This document shows, in pieces, positions 24,368-35,300 of a stretch of 64,000 bases of DNA. Numbering within the stretch: the first letter of the stretch is position 1; the number at the start of each line of letters is the position of its first letter. The position numbers and the translations under genes were made by a program. Under the pieces are notes generated by a model. It searched no databases. It saw only the letters and a list, made by a program, of their open reading frames with translations, and was not told the DNA's origin. This DNA comes from Felis catus (lineage: Eukaryota): contig NC_058368.1 in the NCBI RefSeq assembly GCF_018350175.1, positions 87,298,001 through 87,362,000 of the forward strand, given 5' to 3'.

Positions 24368-24478
24368 CTACTAAGGCTTGCATCTGTCTCTGTTCATCAT
24401 GAACAGGTGCTCTTTGGCTTTCTGCACATGCTGGTCTCTCTCCCATGGTCACCCACACATAGACAGCACTATCACTCA
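24368..24478 (-). other. Candidate 5'UTR exon of OR2B11
   Basis: Minus-strand donor TAG|GTGAGT at 24368; possible acceptor T9-ACTGCAAAG after a T/G-rich tract; inference only. Confidence 0.4.
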
Positions 24479-25158
24479 CTTTGCAGTAAAAAAAAACCCT
24501 CAAAACAAGCAAAACACAACACAACACAACACAACATAAAAACAAACAGAAAAAAATCACATACCAAGATCCTTCGAGACCCTGGAGTGAAGGAGTTAAG
24601 TCACTGCAGGGGTTGACTTGGTCCAGGCACCTAATAAGACCCCAGAGCATAGGGAGAAAGATATTGCACCCTGTCAGGAACATAGCCCCTGGAGTTGGCT
24701 ACTGAAGGTTCTGATTGTCTCCAGAGCCAACACTTATTGGGCAGTTTGAGTGACGTTTGGATCTCCCTGTACAACCTCTTTACCAAGCAGCTATTTCCTC
24801 TCCTCGTTGGAGCACACAGTTGATTTGATGTCTGGATTATGTATCTTTTAGAAAGCAACTGGATTTCCACCTGCTGATGCATGGGGCCTTTCCACTGAGC
24901 TTCATCAGCCCCAACCTCCTACACTCTTTGTAGGACTGTGCACTTTCCGGGATGCAGGGTGGTATAGTCCAGGATGAGACTGAAAAGAAGTTAAATCCTG
25001 TGTGTGAGTAATTTATGAAAGATTCATTTTTAGTCCCTTATTTGATACTTTATGCATAGACTATAATATTCATGGAGATCTATTCAGTGGTGCTGCAATA
25101 AACAAGTGCCCCCCTTCCCCTCCAAGTCTTGCATTCTTAAGAACCCTGGTATTACTTT

Positions 25159-25260
25159 GGGGCACCTGGGTGGCTCAGTCAGTTAAGCACTTGACTTTGG
25201 CTCAGGTCATGATCTCATGGTTCATGAGTTTGAGTCCCACACTGGGTGATCATGAGCCCC

Positions 25261-25308
<48 letters not shown>

Positions 25309-25358
25309 TCCTTACTTGTACTCTCTCTCTCAAAAACAAAACAAAACAAAACAAACAC
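25159..25358 (+). mobile_element. CanSINE with internal deletion and (CAAAA)n tail
   Basis: TSD CCCTGGTATTACTT at 25144-25157 and 25359-25372. Confidence 0.92.
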
Positions 25359-25739
25359 CCCTGGTATTACTTGAAAACAACTCAAATTCTAGGATTTAAA
25401 TGTTCTTGTGGAGCACCCAATTATTACACTTCTTCCCACTATTCTGTCGAAAGTACTTCTAAGGTGAATCTTACACAATGCAGTTATTTTATCTCTAATG
25501 GAAGCTCAGAGCACCATTTTTGATTTAGTTGGCTGGGCAGGGGAAAATCAGGCTATCCCACCTTTTAAGATGAAAAGTGATCACACCATCTCCCTTTCTT
25601 CGATTTCTCATTCCAAGGTTTATTCTCAGAGTCTACACTGGACAAGAATGGGAAAAGTTATAAGGATGGTGAGGACAGATATAAAAGGATGGAAGAACCA
25701 AAGAAGATGGATGGGTAGGTATAGGTCATAGTTAGTAAT

Positions 25740-25880
25740 TAATGCAAATTATTGGGCACTCACTATGAGCCAGGTGCTGTGATAACAACTTTATGTGATT
25801 ATCTTACTTAGTGCTTTAACGGTTCGGTAAGGGAGATGTTTTTACCGCCATTTTGCTGTTGAACAGAGTGGCTTGGGGAA
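25740..25880 (-). mobile_element. MIR fragment
   Basis: TTATTGGGCACTCACTATGAGCCAGGTGCTGTG is the antisense MIR/L2-like 3' end. Confidence 0.6.
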
Positions 25881-26447
25881 GATGACTGGTCTACTTTACA
25901 TTACCTAAATAGCAGCAAGTGATAAAGCCAAGATTGAAAGCTAAGCTCTTGCTCATAATCATTATTCTCTTTGCTTTAAAAAAAAAAGCCGCTGGTGACC
26001 TGGAAAGCAGCAACAGTATCCATGCACATGACTGAGATGAAGAGAATGACAGAAACAGAAGAGTAATGTCATCCAAGGGAAAGTGGTGAGGGGACTGAAG
26101 AGGAGGCGCTTCCTCTAACTTCTGGTTCAGTGCACCAGGCACCCATGGGCACACACACAGCTGGTGTCCCGCAAAGCTAGACATCAGCCCAACCTGACCC
26201 TTCTCTGAATTTGATGGCTTGTGGTCCAGCCCTTTCCACTTAGAACTCTGCTTTGGATCCAGTCTCTGGACCCCCTTGACCTCCTTCTATCTTCCTATCA
26301 CCCTTATAGAGGTGTTCTCCAAGGCACTGCCTCGCTTCCCTGGATAAACACAATAATTTCCACATCTGTCACAATTACCCTCAGAGTCCTTCCAGATCTG
26401 TGTCTCTAGCTGTCACTTCTTCACTGATATCTAATCTCCCTTTTGAC

Positions 26448-26660
26448 ATTTTTTTTGAAGTTGATATATTTATTTTGAGAGAGAGATAGAGAACGCGCAG
26501 GAGAGTGTCAGAGAGAGAAGGAGAGAGGGAGAATCCCAAGCAGTCTCCATGCTGTCAGCACAGAGCTTGACACAGGGCCTAATCTCATGAACTGTGAGAT
26601 CATGACCTGGGCCAAAATCAAGAGCCAGATGTTCAACCAACTGAGCCACCCGGATGCCCC
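26448..26660 (-). mobile_element. CanSINE
   Basis: Antisense body ending GAGCCACCCGGATGCCCC; flanked by CCTTT(C)TGACATT. Confidence 0.9.
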
Positions 26661-27283
26661 TCCTTTCTGACATTGTCAACTGGTGCATCCCAAACTTAAC
26701 CTGTCAGTTGTTCCTATAACTTCAGTCCAGCACCTTCATTCTCATTCCTGATTGCCTCTGCATCAGTTACCCTCAGAGTGTTCAGATTATTTCTGTTAAT
26801 GTTCCTCATTGTCTACATTTTATCCACGGCATTCTTATTGACTTTACTAGTCTAAGGTTATAGTACAAGCTATCTGCATCCTTGCCACTGCCATCCTTGG
26901 CCAGGATGACCATCTGGACCCCACTTAGAGCCTGATAATTGTCTTCCCATAGGCAATTTCTTCCTTATCCAGCCCAGTACTCCACTTACAAGGGAACCTT
27001 CTTTCTAAGACACAGTTCTTAAAAGCAAATATATCTTTAAGTGTTTCAATTACCTAAAAACTAAACAACCGTCTTCTTAAACAGTTGTGTGGTAAGAGTA
27101 GGGATTATATTCTTCTTTCACTCAATCCTCTGCAGTTTCTTCTGATCACTGTCACATCCCTATCTGTTAGCAGCTGCCCTGAGATATTTCAGTCACAGGA
27201 CTTACCCGATACCTACTGGTAGGCCAGGGAGATTTTTGAACACAATGATAAAACCCTGTGATCTGTATCATTCTGTGTATGAT

Positions 27284-27450
27284 ATATAATCCTCATTATG
27301 CATATATACCTATGTCTGTGTATATACATGCATGTATATAATACATAATCCTCATTGTGTATCTATATCTATACCTATATCTGTGTATATACATGTATGT
27401 GTATATACATACATACATACATACATATATCTTGTTTTCATGTATATATT
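27284..27450. repeat. ~58-bp tandem duplication decaying into TA/TACA repeats
   Basis: ATAATCCTCATT...ATACCTAT(G/A)TCTGTGTATATACATG occurs twice in tandem. Confidence 0.8.
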
Positions 27451-29589
27451 ATCATAATGCCTGGTGCTGGCTGTGGACTTCCCCTTGGAAATGAACAGAA
27501 CATATTATCTACAACAAACAGAAAAGAAAATCTGGAAATAAGCTTAAGAGGTGGGATAAGAAGGACTAGACCATGGGGTTTTATTGCCTATTAGTCCAAG
27601 AGATCCCTTTCTTCAATCTAACATTCAGCCTAAACTTTCCACCACCCAGATAACCAGGTGAAGGACCTATTTAACTGTCCAGGTCATAATCAGGATTAAA
27701 CTGCAAGATATTGAGTCTTGGGTTAAGGCTTAATGATGGACAACATTTCTCTTCACTGATACTAGCAGGTGCTCTTTCATCACACACACCAAAAGTACTT
27801 TTCTCAGGGTTTGTCTATGTTTCTGGTTCTTTCCCAATGACATGCTTATTTCTTGGGTAGAAGGTCAATTAGAATAAAATCAAGAAGGGAACTGGCCCAG
27901 TGAGGAAGAGTCTAAACGCATAACTTCAGCCTGCCCTCTTCAGATTTGCTCTGCTATCATCCACCAGCCCCTTGCATATAATCAGTGGCCAGGTGTACCC
28001 ACAGGCTTGCTCATCCTGTCTAGACCTTTGCTTATTGTGGGTCCTCCTACCAGGAATGCTGTCTCACATCACATAGTACAATTCAGCTTCTGCCTCTTTC
28101 CAAAACCATCTTCACTGATTACTCACTGGATCATCTGTAAGCTCCCATGTACAAAGGGGTTTGAGGGGCATTGATAACCATATCCACATGAGGGGGCTGA
28201 GGTATAACTTTTTAAAATGCTTTAGTTCTAGAGATTAGACAAGTATTTCACAACAAGAAGTAAAAGTAGATGGGAGATAACTCAGCAATGAGTGAGCACC
28301 CATCACCTCTCAATCTGTATACCAAGAACTATGTGTGCCATTTCATATGCTCCTTCAATAATGATGGGAAAACTGAGAAATCTACAAAGGTTAGGAACAT
28401 CCTTTTCACTCAGGTCAGCACAACACTATGACTTCATGTAGAAAGATATTTAAGCCCCCTGTTGCTAGTTTATATGGAAGGAAGTTACCTCCCTCTAGAC
28501 CCTCAAGATGTCTTAACCCTGGATGCATGATACCTGCTTTCAAAGTATCAACAGTCCTGTTTCATATCGTGACTTTTTGTTAAACACCCCTCTTGCACAC
28601 ACCTGCTTCCCCACCCACATTCCACTGCCTATTTTTGTTCTTTAACTATTTCAATTTGCTGCTAAAATTCACCTCAAAGCTTTCTTTCTCTGGGGGCTGG
28701 TAATATTTGGCTTTCTCACTCTATTCCTCTCTGTATAAGGCCATGCTTGGCTTAATATTGTTTTTGTGACCATAACTCAGCTTTGTCAAAAATATTGAAC
28801 AGCAGTAGAAATGAGCCTCAGGACCCTCATCACTGTGAACAACATTCACGCTTCTGATGAGTACTGGACAACTGGTATACCTACAGGCAGGAGCAGCCTG
28901 TTCTGTTCCTGACTGTCTTTTCTAGCTTGAAGTACACCATTTTACATATGCTGCTTAATGTGTGGCCGCTACTCACTGACTCACCTGTCCTCCATCTCAT
29001 GTCCCCTTGGTCTCCAACATAGACCAGCATTCATGCTGAAGACTAATCACTCATATCCATGGTTCTCTGGCTTCTACAGAGGGCTTGGTTAAGGACATGA
29101 GGCTTTATTAGCTTCTGGTGGTCTTGTCTGAAGAGGAACATTTATGGATGAAGTCATTGGAAAAGCTTTTTGTATTTCAGAAAGACAAAACGTGTTTTCT
29201 CTTATAAGGCTGCTGGGACTTTGCCCTTTCTTGAGTTTTACCCTCTGAGCAAGTGTGGAGAGATTATTCTCAGTCCAGAAGAAGAGTCTGCTCACTGGGG
29301 AAACTCAGTGCTTTCTGGTCTTTATCCAAGTAACAAATGAGATCAGCAGATATGCTCTAGCCATGGTCCCTTGGCCACAGAAGAGCTAGCTTATACGTTT
29401 ATGTGGCAGAGGTTACTTCCGAAGAGAAGTTTCTTAGGTGACAAGCCATCCCCGTGTCCTGCTCCCCACTCTTTTCAAAATTACCATCAGGATAAACTTA
29501 ACCTCATTCTTTCCATTTATTTCTATAAGGACTCTTTTCTTTATCCCAAGACACTTAGAGTAAAACCTTGCCCTCCTCTGCTGAGAAGT

Positions 29590-29820
29590 TATCCCTGATG
29601 TTTTGTTTAATTAGTGTCTGAGGGGTTAGCTGGTAATTGATGTATTTTGCGAGCATGAAATACTCGCAATTAAGGGTAAATCTTCGAATACCAGAAGACC
29701 AGAGGAAATAGACCAATAATGGGAAATGAGGACTCTGGATTTTTAACTCCGTAGGGAAGGTGGGTATTGCCATAAAGTCAGAGTGGAAGAGTAACTTGTA
29801 TAGCATGTAATTCAATTAGA
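29590..29820 (-). promoter_or_regulatory. Candidate OR2B11 promoter (homeodomain TAAT cluster plus O/E-like site)
   Basis: TTAATTAG, TAATTGA, CAATTA, TAATGG, TAATTCAATTAG and TCCGTAGGGA in unique sequence, upstream of a perfect minus-strand donor CAG|GTGAGT at 28985. Confidence 0.45.
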
Positions 29821-30035
29821 GTGTGGGCACTGCAGACTTCAGCACCAAGGTCAGCCACTCACTGTGTGTCTTTGGACAGATTACATATCTTCTCTGGGCA
29901 ACATTCATGAGATCAGAAAAGTATAGGAAGCAATAGTACTGGCCTTCACACTCTGTTACAAGTGTAACATGAGTTGTCTTTTGTTTGTTTTTGTTTTGTT
30001 AAGCACTCAGGATAGTGAACGGCATAGGGTAATAA
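29815..30035 (+). mobile_element. MIR (degraded)
   Basis: GCCACTCACTGTGTGTCTTTGGACAGATTAC...TCTCTGGGC...AAGCACTCAGGATAGTG. Confidence 0.55.
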
Positions 30036-30719
30036 CTTTGATTTTTTTCTGACTACTACATATGGCTCAGCCACCTATTCCATTCATCACATGGAAGGGA
30101 TGGCCAGAAAGCCTGTTGGTAGATGATCAGCATGAAGTGGTGCACGTGTTAATTCACGTTAATTTATTCATGTGAATAAAAGCTAATGCTAGAACCCATC
30201 ATGGATAATGACACCTTAAGGCAGTCATTTCTCCTCTGTAGATTTTGACTTGATCATCTTTGGGTAGTTCTAGATGTTGGAGTGGGAATATGATGAGATC
30301 ATGGCAGTGGTTTCATTTTTATGTTCTAGGAGTTTTAGGAAGCATTTTGTCTAACATTATAGGGAGAGGAACCCTGACTCAAAGGAAGACAAGGGACATT
30401 GTGCTTGGGGGATGAAGTGGGAAAATTCTCTGACAACATTGCTCTGCTGTGTTCTCTACCTGAAAGAGCAGGATGTGAGATGTGGAATGTCTTGGGAATT
30501 GTCTTGATGTCCAGTTGGTATAACTTCCAGAAATGCTGAGGCTTAAACGTCTGTGAATTTGGGGAAGAAAAAGAGATGGACTAGACAGTTTTATGCCATA
30601 AAGTGCGGCAATCATGTAGATAGAAACTCTCGTGACTGAGATGAAAACAGGGTCCCTTTAGCATTATGTTGATCATCACCTTCCTTACCTCCTTTCAGAT
30701 ATCTTGGCTTCCGCTTATT

Positions 30720-31110
30720 GCCCACAGTCCCTGTCACTCCAGGAGGCAAGATGCCCTGTGAAGGAATTGAATTTTCCAGTTTCCCTGATAGGGGAAGACA
30801 ATAAGATGAATGAGATGCTGGGAAAGCTGGCAGAAGATACTTGTCCATCTTTCTTCATTTTCATACATGCAGTGTAGACTTGATGGCTGGAGGCTTAGCA
30901 GTCATGGGTGACCTTGAAGCAAACTTGAAGGTGAGGGCTTTACACTAAGAATTATGGAGCATTGAAAGGAGTCAGAGCACCTGATCATCATGGATGTGCA
31001 TTACCTGTTGACCCCCCGGTTTCCTGATGTGAGAGTGATAACCTTCAATCTTGTTTACAGCACTGATTTGGGTTTTATATTTTAAGAGGCTGAAAGTAAC
31101 CCTGACAGAT
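30720..31110 (+). mobile_element. Degraded ERVL/MaLR-type LTR (LTR16/MLT1-like)
   Basis: 3' end pattern CTTGTTTACAGCACTGATTTGGGTTTT...GCTGAAAGTAACCCTGACAGAT. Confidence 0.4.
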
Positions 31111-31140
31111 CATTCAAGAAGATTTCCTAAAATTTCGTTA

Positions 31141-31677
31141 TTTTTTTTAAATAATAATTTTCTTTACATCCAAATTAGTTAACATATAGTATAATAATAA
31201 TTTCCTGTGTAGAATTTAGTGATTCATCACTTATATATGACACCTAGTGTTAATCACTACAAGTGCCCTCCTCAATGCCCGTCACCCATTGAACCCATCC
31301 ACCCACCAGCTCCCCCCCAGCAGCCATCAGTTTGTTCTCTGTATTTAGAAGTCTCTGATGGTTTGCCTACCTCTCTTTTTCCCCCTTTCTCCTATGTTCG
31401 TCTGTTTTGTTTGTTGTATTCCACATATGAGTGATATCATATGATATTTGTCTTTGTCTGCCTGACTTATTTTGCTTAGCAGAATACACTCTAGTTCCAA
31501 TCACATTGTTGCAAATGGCAAGATTTCATTCTTTTTCATCATCAAGTAGTATTCCATTGTGTGTGTGTGTGTATATATATATACATATATATATATGTAT
31601 ATGTATATATATATGTATATATATGTATATATATATACACACACACACACAATGGAATACTACTTGATGATGAAAAA

Positions 31678-31722
<45 letters not shown>

Positions 31723-31915
31723 ACATCTTTATCCATTCATCAGTCGATGGACATTGGGGCTCTCTCCATACTTTGGCTACTGTTGATAGTGCTGCTATAA
31801 ACACTGGTGTGCATGTGCACCTTTGAAACAGAATTTTTGTACCCTTTGGCTAAATTTCAAATAGTGCAATTTCTGGTTCATAGGGTAGTTTTATTTTTAA
31901 TTTTTTAGAAATTCA
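31141..31915 (-). mobile_element. Old L1 3' end containing a fold-back palindrome
   Basis: T tail, old-type 3'UTR, ORF2 C-terminus in antisense. Confidence 0.88.
31528..31681. repeat. Perfect inverted repeat, 66-bp arms, 22-nt loop
   Basis: 31528-31593 is the exact reverse complement of 31616-31681. Confidence 0.93.
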
Positions 31916-31921
31916 ATTTTT

Positions 31922-32140
31922 GGGAGCGACTGGGTGGTTCAGTTGGTTAAGCATCTGACTTTGGCTCAGGTCATGATCTTGTAGTTCTTGAGTTCGAGCC
32001 ATGCATTGGGCTCTGTTCTGACAGCTTGGAGCCTGGAGCTTGCTTTGGATTCTGTGTCTCCCTCCCTCTCTTTGCCCCTCTCCTGCTCACGTTTACTCTC
32101 TCTTTCTCAAAAAATAAACATGAAAATTTATTTTACAAAA
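31922..32140 (+). mobile_element. CanSINE
   Basis: GGGAGCGACTGGGTGGTTCAG head, CT-rich region, AATAAAC tail. Confidence 0.9.
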
Positions 32141-32148
32141 AGAAATTT

Positions 32149-32344
32149 ATTTTTTTAAGTTTATGTATTTATTTTTCAGAGAGTGTGAGTGGGGGAGGCG
32201 CAGAGAAAGAGAGGGCCAGAAGATCTGAAGTGGGCTTTGCAATGACAGCAAAGACCTTGAGGTGAGGTTTGAACACATGAACTGTGAGATCATGACCTGA
32301 GCCTAAGCCAGATGCTTAACCAACTGAGCCACCGAGGAGCCCAC
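32149..32344 (-). mobile_element. CanSINE, tail-to-tail with the previous one
   Basis: Antisense body ending GAGCCACCGAGGAGCCC. Confidence 0.88.
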
Positions 32345-32351
32345 TATTTTT

Positions 32352-35300
32352 ATTTTTTTAATATAAAATTTATTGCCAAATTGGTTTCCATACAACACCC
32401 AGTGCTCATCCCAACAGGTGCCCTCCCCAACACCCAACACCCACCCTCCCCTCTCTCCCACCCCCCATTAAACCTCAGTTTGTCTCAGTTTTTAAGAGTC
32501 TCTTATGTTTGGCTCCCTCCCTCTCTAACTTTTTCTTTTTTTCCTTCCCCTCCCCCATGGTCTTCTGTCAAGTTTCTCAAGATCCATATAGGAGTGAAAA
32601 CATATGGTATCTGTCTTTCTCTGTATGACTTATACACTTATAACACCCTCCACTTCCATGCATGTTCCTACAAAAGGCCATACTTCATTCTTTCTCATTG
32701 CCACGTAGCATTCCATTGTGTATATAAACCACAATTTCTTTATCCATTTGTCAGTTGATGGACATAAAGGCTCTTTCCATAACTTGGCTATTGTTGAGAG
32801 TGCTGCTATAAACATTGGGGTACAAATGCCCCTATGAATCAGCACTCCTGTATCCCTTGGGTAAATTCCTAGCAGTGCTACTGCTGGGTCATAGGGTAGG
32901 TCTATTTTTAATTTTTTGAGGAACTCCACACTGGTTTCCAGAGCAGCTGCACCAGTTTGCATTCCCACCAACAGTGCAAGAGGGTTCCTGTTTCTCCACA
33001 TCGTCTCCAGCATCTATAGTCTCCTGATTTGTTCATTTTAGCCACTCTGAGTGGCATGAGGTGGTATGTGAGTGTGGTTTTGGTTTATATTTCCCTGATG
33101 AGGAACGACGTTGAGCATCTTTTCATGTGCCTGTGGCCATCTGGATGTCTTCTTTACAGAAGGGTCTATTCATGTTTTCTGCCCATTTTTTCACTGGATT
33201 ATTTGTTTTTCAGGTGTGGAGTTTGGTGAGCTCTTTATAGATTTTGGATGCTAGCCCTTTGTCTGATATGTCATTTGCAAATATCTTTTGCCATTCCGTC
33301 CATTGCCTTTTAGTTTCACTGATTGTTTCCTTTGCAGTGCAGAAGCTTTTTATCTTCATGAGGTCCCAATCATTCACTTTTGCTTTTAATTCCCTTGCCT
33401 TTGGGGATGTGTCAAGTAAGAAATTGCTGCGGCTGAGGTCAGAGAGGTCTTTTCCTGCTTTCTCCTCTAGGGTTTTAATGGTTTCCTGTCTCACATTCAG
33501 GTCCTTTATCCATTTTGAGTTTGCTTTTGTGAATGGTGTAAGAAAGTGGTCTAGTTTCATCCTTCTGCATGTTCAGTTCTCCCAGCACCATTTGTTAAAG
33601 AGACTGTCTTTTTTCCATTGGATGTTCTTTCCTGCTTTGTCAAACATTATTTGGTCATACTTGTGTGGGTCTAGTTCTGGGGTTTCTATTCTATTCCATT
33701 GGTCTATGTGTCTGTTTTTGTGCCAATACCATGCTGTCTTGGTGATTACAGCTTTGTAGTAGAGGCTAAAGTCTGGAATTGTGATGCCTCCTGCTTTGGT
33801 CTTCTTCTTCAAAATTGCCTTGGCTAATCAAGGCCTTTTGTGGTTCCATACAAATTTTAGGATTGCTTGTTCTAGCTTTTAGAAGAATGCTGGTGCAATT
33901 TTGATTGGGATTGCATTGAATATATAGATAGCTTTGGGTAGTATTGACATTTTGACAATACTTATTCTTCCAATCCATGAGCACAGGAAGTTTTTCCATT
34001 TCTTTGTATCTTCTTCAGTTTCCTTCCTAAGCTTTCTATAGTTTTCAGCATACAGATCTTTTACATCTTTGGTTAGGCTTATTCCTAGGTATTTTATGCT
34101 TCTTGGTGCAATTGTGAATGGAATCAGTTTGTTTATTTCTTTTTGTTGCTTCATTATCAGTGTATAAAGGTACAACCAATTTCTGCACACTAATTTGGTA
34201 CCCTGCGACTTTGCTGAGTTCATGTATCAGTTCTAGCAGACTTATGGTGGAGTCTGTTGGGTTTTCCGTGTCGAGTAATATGTCCTCTGCGAAAAGTGAA
34301 AGTTTTACTTCATCTTTGGCAATTTTCATATCTTTGATTTCCTTTTGTTGTCTGATTGCTGGTGCTAGCACTTCCAACACTATGTTAAACAACAGCGGTG
34401 AGAGTGGACATCCCTGTCGTGTTCCTGATCTCAGGGAGAAAGCTCTCAGTTTTTCCCCATGGAGGATGATATTAGCTGTGGGCTTTTCATAAATGGTTTT
34501 TATGATGTTTATTTTGTTCCTTCTATCCCGACTTTCTCGAGGGTTTTTATTAAGAAAGCATGCAGAATTTTGTCAAATGCTTTTTCTGCATCGCTTGACA
34601 GGATCATATGGTTCTTATCTTTTCTTTTATTAATGTCATGTTCATTGATTTGCAAATGTTGCAAATGTTGAACCAGCACTGCAGCCCAGGAATGAATCCC
34701 ACTTGATCATGGTGAATAATTCTTGTTATATGCTGTTGAATTCAATTCGCTGGTATCTTATGGAGAATTTTTGCATCCATAGTCATCAGGGATAATAGCC
34801 TGTAGTTCTCTTTTTTTACTGAGTCTCTGTCTCATTTAGGAGTCAAAGTAATGCTGGCTTCATAGAATGAGTCCGGAAGTTTTCCTTCCCTTTCTATTTT
34901 TTGGAAAAGCTTGAGAAGGATAGGTATTATCTCTGCTATAAATGTCTGGTAGAATTCCCCAGGGAAGCCGTCTGGTCCTGGACTCTTATTTGTTGGGAGA
35001 TTTTTGATAACTGATTCCATTTCTTTGCTGGTTATGGGTCTGTTCAAGATTTCTATTTCTTCTTGTTTGAGTTTTAGAAGTGTATGGGTGGTTAGGAATG
35101 TGTCCGTTTCTTCCAGGTTGTCCAGTTTTTGGCATATAATTTTTCATAGTATTCCCTGATAATTGTTTGTATTTCTGAGGGATTGGTTGTAATAATTCCA
35201 TTTTCCTTCATGATTTTATCTATTTGGGTCATCTCCCCTTTCTTTTTGAGAAGCCTGGCTAGAAGTTTATCAATTTTGTTTATTTTTTCAAAAAACCAAC

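Noticed and set aside
24198..24882. 161-aa and 83-aa minus-strand ORFs upstream of OR2B11
   Set aside because: No recognisable domain; the longer one runs through a simple (CAACA)n tract and has a non-ATG start
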